A DNA stretch of 64,000 nucleotides, from assembly GCF_009914755.1 (NCBI RefSeq), contig NC_060925.1; one strand, 5' to 3'. Shown piece by piece: positions 40,182-54,636 of this stretch. Source of the stretch: the human T2T-CHM13v2.0 reference genome, Homo sapiens. The translations under genes were made by a program, and so were the position numbers. The notes under the pieces were generated by a model that had not been told where the DNA came from, did no database searches, and saw only the letters and a program-made list of their open reading frames with translations. Position 1 is the first letter of the stretch; every line of letters begins with the position of its first letter.

Positions 40182-40485
40182 ACAACAAAAGGCCCTTGGC
40201 TAATGTCCACATACAAGGTGAGGAGTTAAAATTGTAAGGTTTTATATTTTCTGCATTCCTAAGGTTACTTCTGTTAGTTGAATTTATTTATTCTGTAGTG
40301 TTTGGACAGTGTTAACAAAATCTCTGGGCACAAAATTCATATGGAACCAAAAAAGAGCCCAAATAGCCAAACCAATCCTGAGCAAAAAGAACAAAACTGG
40401 AGGCACCATGCTATCTGACTTCAAAATATATTACAAGGTTATAGTAACCAAAACAGCATGGCATTGGTATAAAAACAGACATATA

Positions 40486-40947
<462 letters not shown>

Positions 40948-41582
40948 TTACCATATACAAAAATCAACTCAAAATGGATTAAAGGCTTAAACAGAGACCT
41001 GAAACTAGAAAACTACTAGAATAAAATATAGGAGAAACACTTCAGAATGTTGGTTTAGACAAAGATTTTATAGCTAAGACCTCAGAAGTACAGATAATAA
41101 GAACAGAAATAGACAAATAGGACTATATTGAACTAAAAAGCTTCTGTACAGCAAAGGAAACAATCAACAGAGTGAAGAGACAACTTGTTGAATGGGAGAA
41201 ATATATCTGCAAACTATTCGTTTGCTAAGGGACTAATATCTAGAATATACAAGGAATTGAAACAACTCAACAGCAAAAAACAAATAATCCCATTAAAAAG
41301 TGAGCAAAGGATCTAAACAGACATTTCTTAAAAGAAAACATAAAATGACCAACAGGCATATGAAAAAATGCTCAACATTGCTAATCATCAGGGAAATGCA
41401 AATCAAAACCACAGTGAGATATCATCTTACCCCACTTAGAATGGTTATTATTAAAAAGAAAAAATAACAGATGCTGTCAAGGATACAGAGAAAAGGGAAC
41501 TCTTATACACTGTTGATGGAAATGTAAAACAGTACAGCCATTATGGAAAACAGTATGAAGATTTCTCAAAAAACTAAAAACA

Positions 41583-41770
41583 GGACTGGGAATGGTGGCT
41601 CACATCTGTAATCCCAGTGACTCAGGAGGCTGCGGCAGGAGGATGGCTTGAGCCCAGAGTTTGACATTACAATGAGCCATGATTGTGCCACTGCATTCCA
41701 GCCTGGATAACAGAGCGAGATTCTATCTCTTAAAAAACAACAACAACAACAACAACAAAAACCAAAACCC
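41583..41770 (+). mobile_element. Alu monomer (FAM/FRAM-like) in L1
   Basis: Single monomer with (CAA)n tail. Confidence 0.8.
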
Positions 41771-42489
41771 TAAAAATAGAACTACCATATGATTCAGAAA
41801 TCACACTAATGAGTATTTATCCAAAGGAAAAGAAATCAGTATATCAAAGGGATACCTGAGCTCCCATGTTCACTGCAGCACTATCCACGATAGCAAAAAT
41901 ATGGGATCAACCTAAGTGTCCATCAATGGATGAATGGATAAAGAAAATGTAGTATTATCCACAATGGAATACTATTTAGCCTTAAAAAGAATAAAATCAT
42001 GTTATTTTTAGCAACATGGATGGAACTTGGAGTCATTATGTTAAATGAAATAAGCCAGACACAGAAAGATAAATATTGCATGTTTTCACTCATATGTGGA
42101 ATCTAAAAAAGTTGATCTCATGGAGGTAAAGTAGAATGAGAGTTACCAGAGACTGGGAAGAGTGTGTGAAGCAAGGGAGATGAAAAGAGGTGGGTTAATA
42201 GGTATAAACATATAGTTAGGCAGAAAGAAAAAGTTATAATGTTCAATAGCAGAGTAGGATGACTATGGTTAATAATGTATTGTATATTTCAAATCAGCTA
42301 GAAGAGAGGATTTGAAATGTTCCCAATGCAAATAAATGATACATGCTCAAGGTGATGATAGCCTAAATATGCTGACTTGATTATTACACATTCTTATGCA
42401 TGTGTCAAAGTATCACATGTACCCCATAAATATGTACAAATATTATATATTAATTTTAAAAACACCAAAAAAACCCAGTGGTTTATCTT

Positions 42490-43125
<636 letters not shown>

Positions 43126-43888
43126 TTTATATACATATATATATGTATGTATTTAGAGACAGAGTCAATAGACTTTGGTGTTGGGACTGATGTGAGAGTG
43201 AAGAAATTTGAGGACTCATGAATAAACCCCTTTGATTCAGCAATTACTGGATGGTGGAACCATTTTGTAAAATGGAGAACAATGGAGATGAAGATGGGAG
43301 TGGGCAGAGATAATAATGTCAGTTTTCTATGTCTACTGTTGGAGAGAAAATTCTGGCCTGGAGATAAAGTTGAGCACAACTGACATATAGATGGTAACCG
43401 AAATGATGACAATGAATGAAATCATCTAAGGAGAGAAGTTAGTGTGGCAAGAAAAGAAAAGAGCTGAAGAAATAGCCCTAAAACACCCTAACACTGGAGG
43501 ATGAATAGTGGAGGAAGAGCCAGCCATTAGATGAGGAAGAAGCAGAGATATGTAATAAACTCCAAAAGAGAATGACAACATGAAAGCCAAGAATAGAAAT
43601 TGTTAAATGCTGCTAAAGGCTGAAGCGTCCCTTGGATTTAGTAACGAGAGGTTACTGATAATAAGAGCATTGGAATGATAGAAATGAAAGACAAATTAAG
43701 TGGTTTGAAAAGGGAAAGGCTTAGGACTTCTGATTTTAAGATGGCAGAATGATTACTTACAGTAGTCTCCAAAAAATATAAGAGACTCCTTTAACCCAAG
43801 CTTTGAGAAGTGCATTGGTGAGAGGAGAACTACCATCCTTGAAAGGCTCTGTATTGGCCATTCTCTGCAAGTCAGGAATGCCAGTGGG

Positions 43889-44252
43889 TGATATTGTTTG
43901 GCTGTGTTCCACTCAAATCTCATTTTGAATTGTAGCTCCCATAATTCCCACATGTTGTGGGAGGGAGCTGGTGGGAGATAATTGAATCATGGAGGCAGTT
44001 TCCTCCATACTGTTCTCGTGGTAGTGAATAAGTCTCACAAGATTGGATGATTTTATAAGGGGTTTCCCCCTTTCGTTTGGCTCTCATTCTCTCTTTGCCT
44101 GCTGCCATGTAAGACATGCCTTTTGCCTTCTGCCTTCTGCCATGATTGTGAGGCCTCCCCAGCCATGTGGCACTGTGAGTCCATTAAACCTATTTTTCTT
44201 TATAAATTACCCAGTCTCAGGTATGTCTTTATCAGCAGTGTGAAAACGGACT
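43889..44252 (+). mobile_element. THE1B-like solo LTR (last ~6 nt missing)
   Basis: tgatattgtttggctgtg...gtgaaaacggact. Confidence 0.88.
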
Positions 44253-44485
44253 TCACTATCTTGCCTCAAGTCTGTGTTTACTCTCCAACTCTGTCATAAT
44301 CTAGATTGTAGAGACTTTGATTGTATCACCTTTCCATAACACCTAACCAACTTCTGTAAGTAGTTGACATTTTGCTGACTGTACAATGAACAGGAAGTCA
44401 CATAACAAATACCCTGACTAGATGCTTTTGTAAGACACATGCATAGCCTGGAGTGGAAAATAAACATCATAAAAGTTCAGGAAAT

Positions 44486-44895
44486 TGCTATGTTCTGAAT
44501 GTCTGTGTTCCCCCGCCAAATTCTTATGTTGAAAATGAATCACCAAGGTCATGGTATTAGGAAGTGAGGCCTTTAAGAAGTGACTAGGACATGAGGGCTC
44601 TGCCCTCACGAATGGGATCAGTGCCTTTATAAAAGAAGCCCCAGAGAGCTAGCTAGCTCTTTCCATCATATGGGGATGGGGATACAGCTTAAAGATACCA
44701 TTTATGAACCAGGAACCAAGCCCCTACCAAACACCAAATCTGCCAACGCCTTGATTTTGGACTTCTCAGCCTCTAGAACTGTGAGAAGTAAATATCTATA
44801 TTTACTTCTTTATATAAGGAATATCCAATATCTTCATATAAGGTACCCATTCTATGGTATGATATTTTGTTACAGTAGCTAAACAGATTAAGACA
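44486..44895 (+). mobile_element. MLT1A-type solo LTR
   Basis: tgctatg...ttaagaca. Confidence 0.8.
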
Positions 44896-44900
44896 AAGAC

Positions 44901-46076
44901 CTCTACCTCTACCCCTACCCCTACCCCTACCCCTACCCCTACCCCTACCCCTACCTCTACCTCTACCTCTACCTCTTTCCTTTCTACGGTCTCCCTCTCC
45001 CTCATCTCCCCTTTCCACGGTCTCCCTTTGATGCCTAGCCGAGGCTGGACTGTATTGCCACCATCTCGGCTCACTGCAACCTCCCTGCCTGATTCTCCTG
45101 CCTCAGCCTGCCGAGTGCCTGGGATTGCAGACGCGCACCGCCACGCCTGACTGGTTTTCGTATTTTTTTGGTGGAGACGGGGTTTCGCCGTGTTGGCCGG
45201 GCTGGTCTCCAGCTCCTGACCTCGAGTGATCTGCCAGCCTCGGCCTCCCAAGGTGCCGGGATTGCAGACGGAGTCTCGCTCACTCAGTGCTCAATGTTGC
45301 CCAGGCTGGAGTGCAGTGGCGTGATCTCGGCTCGCTACAACCTCCACCTCCCAGCTGACTGCCTTGGCCTCCCAAAGTGCCGAGATTGCAGCCTCTGCCG
45401 GGCCGCCACCCCGTCTGGGAAGTGAGGAGCGTCTCTGCCTGGCCGCCCATCATCTGTGATGTGAGGAGCCCCTCTGCCCGGCTGCCCAGTCTGGGAAGTG
45501 AAGAGCGCCTCTTCCCGGCCGCCATCCCATCTAGGAAGTGAGGAGCGTCTCTGCCCGGCCGCCCATCGTCTGAGATGTGGGGAGCACCTCTGCCCCGCCG
45601 CCCCATCTGGGATGTGAGCAGCACGTCTGCCCGGCCGCGACCTCGTCTGGGAACTGAGGAGCGTCTCTGCCCGACCGCCACCCCGTCTGGGAGGTGAGGA
45701 GCGTCTCTGCCCGGCCGCCCCATCTGAGAAGTGAGGAGCCCCTCCGCCCGGCGGCCGCCCCGTCTGGGAAGTGAGGAGCGTCTCTGCCCAGCAGCCGCCC
45801 CGTCCAGGAGGTGGGGGGTGCCTCTGCCCAGCCGCCCCGTCTGGGAAGTGAGGAGCCCCTCTGCCCGGCCGCCACCCCATCTGGGAGGTGTACCCAACAG
45901 CTCATTGAGAAGGGGCCATGATGACGATGGCAGTTTTGTCAAATAGAAAAGGGGGAAATGTGGGGAAAAGAAAGAGAGATCGGATTGTTACTGTGTCTGT
46001 GTGGAAAGAAGTAGACATGGGAGACTCCATTTTGTTCTGTACTAAGAAAAATTCTTCTGCCTTGGAAAAAAAATAA
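44901..46076 (+). mobile_element. SVA (older A/B-like) with full 5' end, variant hexamer head and 3'-truncated SINE-R
   Basis: Hexamer repeat, Alu-like domain, VNTR, SINE-R ending ...ttcttctgccttgg plus short A tail; TSD AAGACAAAGAC at 44890-44900 and 46077-46087. Confidence 0.93.
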
Positions 46077-46337
46077 AAGACAAAGACTTACATCAGTGAA
46101 GTTTTCAGGGGTCTAATGGTCTGAGGGATGGCAAGATATATTCTTCAAGGTGAAGGACAAGTTGCAGCTTGTACTTCCTACCCCTAAGAAAAAAGTTCAG
46201 TGCCTAGTGGATCTCTTTAGATTTTGAAAGCAGGACCACTTTGTTCATGAGCCTGTTAAGCGAAAATGGTGGGAGGTAGAGGGCTGGAGAAAGAGGCTGA
46301 CTATACCACATTTGGGCCTGTTTCCTTCACGAAATAA

Positions 46338-46843
<506 letters not shown>

Positions 46844-47629
46844 TTAGGCTTCCAGTTTCAAATGGGGCACAAATCAAGGAAAAGAAACATCTGGATTTCC
46901 ATGCAAGCTGAATACAGTGGCGCTCAAAGTGTCTGTAGCAGACAGAGATAAAATAAAGCCTCTGCCACGTCATAATAGGATAATCATAGTTTAAACTCTC
47001 AGTATTTTGGAACAAAATTATGTTTTCTTCTGCAGACAAGCATTCTTTTTATGAAAAACAGCTTCTATAGAGACTAAATAATATCATGTGACTTGAGTTG
47101 CCCATCATAAACTATTCTCTGATCCTTCAAGCCATAAATTTGACAGGTATAGCAGCATTCTATCATCAAGTGTAAGAGAAAAAGATATGTATATACAAAT
47201 ATGTTACATATATATCTCATATATCACATGTGTGAGATTACCCTTGAGCTGGTCCTGAAGACACATGTGAGTTGCATGAGCAAGTGACTCAGACTCCTAC
47301 AGCACCTACTCCTACTCCATTAACACCTGTCCTTCAACTCAGTTACATGAGGAAGAAAAAATCCAGGCCTGATTTTCTGATGAGTCTGTGCAATGTGGTG
47401 ATATCACCTGAAAGGGAATGGTCACAGCATCACAGCCCCACTCAATGGTGGCTCTAAATGAACAGGAAATCTTCCCAATGTACATAACTTTGAGCAATGC
47501 ACCTGGCTGTTCACTTTGCCTGGAAGAAGAGATAGCCAGAGGCATGTATTTATATTAATTCAAGGACAATGGTTAATGAATAGTTAGTGACTTCAAAGAA
47601 ATGAGATTGAAAGGAAGTCTGAGAAAGAG

Positions 47630-47867
47630 TTCACTACAGCCTCGACCTCCTGGGCTCAAATGATCCTCCTGCCTCAGCCTCCTGAGTAGCTGGGACCGCA
47701 GGTGCATGCCACCATGCCCAGCTAATTTATTTATTTATTTGTTTATTTATTTATTTTTATGGACATGGGGTCTCTCTATGTTGCCCAGGCTGGTCTCAAA
47801 CTCCTGGGCTCAGTGATCTTCCTGCCTCAGCCTCCCAAAGTGCTGGGATTACAGGCATGAGCCACTG
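47630..47867 (-). mobile_element. Alu (AluJ-like, partial)
   Basis: Alu sequence lacking its 3' end. Confidence 0.88.
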
Positions 47868-47879
47868 TTTTAATTTTTT

Positions 47880-48020
47880 AATAAAAATTTAAGAATTAGC
47901 TGGGCATAGTGGCATGTGCCTGTAGTCCCAGCTGCTCAGGAGGCTGAGACAGGAGGATCACTTGAGCCCAGGAGTTTGAGATATGATCATGCCTGGGTGA
48001 CAGAGTGGGACCCTGTCTGT
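47880..48020 (+). mobile_element. Alu right-arm fragment
   Basis: aattagctgggc...gaccctgtct followed by a purine tail. Confidence 0.85.
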
Positions 48021-48330
48021 GAAAGAAAGAGAGAGAGAGAGAGACAGAGGGAGAGAGGAAGGAAAGGAGGGAGGGAGTAGTTGGTGTTTAGGTATTAATC
48101 CTTACTTCATTACATTCTTAATAGATATCTTTTGTTGAATAAAGGAGGGAGGGAGGGAGGGAGGAAGGAAGAAAGAAGGAGGGAGGGAGGAAGGGAAGGA
48201 GAGAGAGAGAAAGGAAAGGAAGAAAAAGAAAGAGAGAAGGAAGGAAGGAAAGAAAGAAGACAGAAAGAGAGAGAGAAAGAAAAGAAAGAAGAAAGAAAGA
48301 GAAAGATTGTTAAAAAAAAAAGGGAAAAAA
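48020..48330. repeat. Polypurine (GA/GGAA/GAAA) tract interrupted by a 66-bp insert
   Basis: A/G-only blocks at 48020-48075 and 48142-48305. Confidence 0.9.
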
Positions 48331-48335
48331 AACAG

Positions 48336-48858
48336 TTGGTGCTGGAATTAGTTAAGACTTCTGGATATGTTGAGATGGGATGAATGTATTTTGCACATGA
48401 GACATATGTGAATTTGAGGGGCTGAAGGGCAGACTCTACAGGGTTGAATATCCCTCAAAATCCAGGTCCACAGGAACTTCAGAATGTGATCTTATTTGGA
48501 AATAGGTCTTTGCAGATGGAATCAAGTGAAGATGAGGTCATATTAGATTAGGGTGGGCACTAAATATGACTAGTATCCTTCTAAGAAGCCCATTTGAAGG
48601 CACAGACAAACACAGGAAAGAAGGCTATGTGAAGACAGAGGCAGAGATTGAGGTGATGCAGCTACAAGCCAAGAAAGGCCGGAGATTGGTGGCAACCACC
48701 AGGAGCTAGGGGAGAAGCACAGCATGATTCTCCCTTAGAGCCTCCAGAAGAAACCAGCTCTGCTAACACCTTGATTTTGGACTTGTGGACTCCAGAACTG
48801 AGATAGGGTAAATTTCTGTGGTTTTAGGCTACCCAGTTTTGGTAATTTGTTACAGTAG
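48336..48858 (+). mobile_element. MLT1-int 3' end plus MLT1C-like LTR (3'-truncated)
   Basis: ...cagaatgtgatcttatttggaaatagg...ggtaatttgttacag. Confidence 0.75.
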
Positions 48859-49326
48859 TTGGTGTTTAGGTATTAATTGGTACTTCATTACATTCTTAAT
48901 AGATACCTTTTGTTGAATATCTGGGTCACAAATCATTTCTTCCAATTCACCACTTAGCTTTTGACTTTGTCTATGATGCCATTGGTATATGTAGTTTTAA
49001 ACGTAAAATGTATCAACCTTTTCTTTCATGTTTTGTGCTTTTTGTGTCCTGTTTAAGAAATCCTTCCTACTCTGAAACAATAAAGATATCTCCCACATTT
49101 TCTTCTAAAAGTTTATATGAATAATGTGGGATAGAATTATATTTTTTTCAATCAGTTGCTCCAGCACCATTTAGTAAAGAGCCTATCCCTTCTCCACTGA
49201 GATGTAACTCCATCTTTATCATGGATCACATTCCCTATATGCATGGGTATGTTTTTAGTCTCTCTCTTCTGTTCCATGGATCTATTTGTCTATCCTCGTA
49301 CCAAATTAATTACCCTAACTTTATAG

Positions 49327-49540
49327 CAGTGGTTCCCAACAAGAGGCAATTTTACCTTCCAGGGCACATTTGGCAATATCTGGAGACATTCTTGGCTATC
49401 ACAACTGGGTTGTTGGGGGCTACTGGCATCTAGTGGGTAGGGGCCAGAGATGCTGCTAAACCACAATGCACAGGACAGTACCCCACAGCAACGAACTATC
49501 CAGCTGAAAATGTCAACAGGGATGAGGTTGAGAAACCCCG
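49327..49540 (+). mobile_element. MER20 hAT transposon
   Basis: cagtggtt...ggcatctagtgggtagggg...gaggttgagaaacc. Confidence 0.88.
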
Positions 49541-49574
49541 TCTTGTAGTGATACTTGGTATCGGGTAGGACCAT

Positions 49575-49760
49575 ACATTATCTCACTAAATCCTTGCAAT
49601 AACTCTATATGATATGTATTATCACTAGCTTCACTTTACAGATGAGAAAACTAAGGCTCTAGGAGGTTGAATGACTTGTCCTAGATCACACATTTCTCAA
49701 TAATTGGTGTAACTGGGTACAAACTAAGTAAAACTCCCCCTAATATATTTCTCACTATGT
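49575..49760 (-). mobile_element. MIR
   Basis: Core tttacagatgagaaaactaaggct...tgacttgtcctagatcaca. Confidence 0.75.
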
Positions 49761-50839
49761 CCTAAGGCAGGGCTCCCAAATCTCAGCATGTTTTCTTTGA
49801 TTGATTAATTTTATCAGAAAATTCACTGTGTACCCTTTATGTGCCAAGTCCTAGGCTGAATGGTGGGAATACCCAGCAAACAAACCAAGGCCCTTGCCCT
49901 CATGGAAGTCCATAGTCTAGTGGGAAGATAAACCTTGGAACAATCTCTCCTAAAATTGCTGTTGCAGAGGGTAACCATCACTTTGGCTTCCAGTTTTTTA
50001 AAATCTTCAAGGAAACTTGTCATCTTATGTACTCTCAAATTTTGTTCAAAATATGAATATTAATCTACAATGGGAGGGGTTTGCTAAGCAAAGTTTAACT
50101 TTAACCTGACCCCATTCAAAGTATTGCAAATTCCAAGCAAACGTATCAAGTGAAATTTTACTGTGTATAGGGGTATGTAAATGTTGGTATATATATATAT
50201 AAAGGTGTATAAAAATTGGATAGCAATGTTTATGAAAAGACCAACAAATTAAATCTCTTGTTTAGAGAAAATGCTTGTCAATTGTATCTGAATTAATAGC
50301 AAGGAATCTGTGATGAAACAGCAGAATCAAAGTTAGCACCATTTAACCTCTCTCCGCCTTTCAGAAGTTTGGAATGAAGATCTGCAGGGTCATTAACTTC
50401 TCTCTGTGGTAGCAGGATGGATGTGGTAGTCTCAAACCATCCATAATAGATGGGTGTCTGGTCTAGCCTTAGAAATCTACTCATATGATGATCGCTCCAC
50501 AGCCTCCCTGGGCAGTTCTTAAGTGTTCTTAGAATTTTAATGTTTATTAAATCCAAACCTCATCAACTTATTTCCAAAGCCCAGACAATGGCAGACTGAA
50601 TCTGTGGTAATTGATTAGTCACCTGTCCCTCCCTTGCCAGATTCTTCTCTTACATGCCAGGCACTTTCCAATGTCAAACTACTGCTTCCTTTTTCTCCTA
50701 ATTGCCAGACTCTCTTCTGACTCTCAGTCTCCTCTAGACTCAATTCTGGGAGTGTTCCTGATTTTACTTGCTGGATTTTGAAACTTTACAATTACCTGTC
50801 TTACTTTTCTAAACAGCAATGCTTTAGGCATGAGATTAA

Positions 50840-51181
<342 letters not shown>

Positions 51182-51693
51182 AGTTGATGCCTATTTTGTA
51201 ATGTTCCATTTATGAGAAATAACCTAGCTTTGAAACTTTTCACCTAGTGATGCTCACATTACCAATTTAGCCATTTTTACATCATTTTCAGCTATGTATT
51301 TCTTTTTTTCTTAAGTAGATTGACAAAGGAGACCAAACTTCCCTCAGGATGGTTTGGCCAATGTTTGGTTGAAGAGTCATGAAAAAAGCAATTCAATTTT
51401 AACAGTTCCTGCTCTGATCATTCATCCAAGAAATACTCACTTAGCTCCTATTGTGTTCCAAACACTGGTCCTGTAGCATTAATAAGACTCAAGACTCTGT
51501 CTTCCTGGAGCTCACTTCCTTGGTGAGGTGCCAGGCATTTTGATTAATAATAATAATAAAATGTAATAACCGCTTTAAGTGTCAGAGGAGCACAGTGGAA
51601 ATCAGCTTGGTCCCAAACATTTCCTGAGTGACTGCGACTTCAGTCTGACTGGCAGGTACTATATTGAGCAGGGTGGGTGGGGATGGCGGGCTA

Positions 51694-52014
<321 letters not shown>

Positions 52015-53039
52015 CTACCCTCAGGAACTTACAATCTAGTGAGGAAGACTGAATGGGGCTAGATGTTTTGAAGTTTACAAAGATAAAATGCTGGGCTGAA
52101 TCTTGAAGGATAAGAAGATAGTGGGCAGACAGAGTTGGAAGAGGGAACTCTTCCAGACAAGGTAATAGCCTGAACAAAGATACAGAGGCATAAACCACAG
52201 GGTATGCTCAATGAACCAAAGGTCATTTGGCACTCATGAGGGTAGAGAACAAGTCTGGGAATGGTAAAAGTTGAAACCAAAGAGGGAAATAGAAGTCTTG
52301 AGAGAGGATTTAATATTATAGACATGGCAGTGGTGATATAGACAGACTTTATGTTTTAGAAAGATCACTCAGGTTTTGAGGTGGAGGGTGGGTTTTTGGC
52401 TTAGGTAAATGGATAGATTTGGTTTGATTCACTTAGCTAGAGAACACTGGAGGAGAAGATGTGGGTCATGCAGGGATTGATGGAGGGGACACAAAAAGTT
52501 CAGCTTAGGGTACATTGAATTTGAAGTGTCTCTGAAACATCACAGGGGAAACATTTTATAGGAGTTTGAATACATTAAGTAGCCAACCTGTCACAGCCTG
52601 ATGGGCTCTTGCCTGCTGCACTGAGAACAGCAGATAATGCTGAAAAGAAAGAGTTTAATATCACAGGACCAGCCAAGCAGGACAGGAGGCATTTCTCAAA
52701 TTCATGTCCCCAACAATTTGGAGGCTAGGGTTTTAAGGGCATTTTGGCAGACAGGGGTCTAGGGAACTGAAACTATCGATTGGCTGGGGATAAAGTCACA
52801 AGAGTGTTTAAATTGTCTTTGCACAGTCTAATCAGTTCCAGGGAGGGGGGCATCTAAGGACCAGGTAGCATCTCTTGTGTTGCCAAAATGCTAAATCTGA
52901 AAAATATCTCAAAGACTAGTTCTTTAGGTTTTACAATAGTGATGTTAATTCATTTGAATAGTTGGGAAAGTTACAAATCTTGTGACCCCCAGTTACATGA
53001 CTCTGGGATAGCAAAAGCAGCTTATAGAAAAGCAAGCTT

Positions 53040-53335
<296 letters not shown>

Positions 53336-53599
53336 AGTTAAACAATGACAGGTGATTGTTTATGCCTATTCTATAGCAAAGTTCAAGTCCCTACCATGAT
53401 TCTAATCTTGTTTTATGAAAGCATCTTCAATCTCCAAACATGGAAGGGGGTCAGTTTTCCTTACCTCAAAGTTTAGCTATAAACTAAATTCCTTTCACAG
53501 TTATCTTGGCCTCTATACCAGAATAAGCAAAAAAGCAATTTAGCCTGTGAGATTAGAAGCAAGATGCAATTAGTCATGTTAGATTTCTCTCTCATTACT

Positions 53600-53910
53600 G
53601 GCCTGACATGGTAGTTCACGCCTGTAATCCCAGCACTTTGGGAAGCTGAGGCAGGCGGATCACTTGAGGTCAGGAGTTTGAGATCAGCCTGGCCAACATG
53701 GCGAAACACTGTCTCTACTTAAAAAAAAATACAAAAATTAGCTGAGCACGGTGGTGTGCAACTGTAATCCCATCTACTCGGGACACTGAGGCAGGAGAAT
53801 TGCTTGAACACAGTAGGCAGAGGTCACAGTGAACCAAGATTACACCACTGCACTCCAACCTGGGTAACAGAACAAGACCCTGTCTCAAAAAAAAAAAAAA
53901 AAAAAAAAAA
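53600..53910 (+). mobile_element. Alu (AluS-like)
   Basis: Full dimer, long A tail; TSD agattt(c/a)tctctcattact. Confidence 0.93.
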
Positions 53911-54141
53911 GATTTATCTCTCATTACTTATAATTCTGCAAGGGTGGTTTCAGATGCAGGGAGTGATCAGGACCTGGGAAGATTTGTGAGTCATCAACTT
54001 ATAGATGGTAGTTAAAACCAAGGGAAGTGATAAGGCCAAATATACCCAGACTCTAAAATATTAATGGATTAAAAAGTAATGCCAATTTCTCTAGGACAAA
54101 CTTCTGGTGAATAGTGAATAACCTACGTTCCAATAATATAA

Positions 54142-54474
<333 letters not shown>

Positions 54475-54636
54475 TAATAAAGCTTCATTTAGTTTTCCAT
54501 TTCATTTTTTATTCCATTTAAAAATTTTTAAATGCAACAAGAGAGGAGAGGTGGAGGACAACTATATAGTAAGGAAACCTGTCAAATACTAACTCAGCTT
54601 GGTTATCAAGGTTAACATCATCACTGACAGGTCATG

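Noticed and set aside
44773-45251. RG-repeat and VG-repeat ORFs; interstitial telomere
   Set aside because: They are translations of the SVA hexamer head. The repeat lies inside the SVA TSD and is not TTAGGG.
47630-48020. Twin-priming inversion of a single Alu
   Set aside because: The two inverted pieces overlap extensively in Alu coordinates, so two separate Alus with a deleted junction is more likely.
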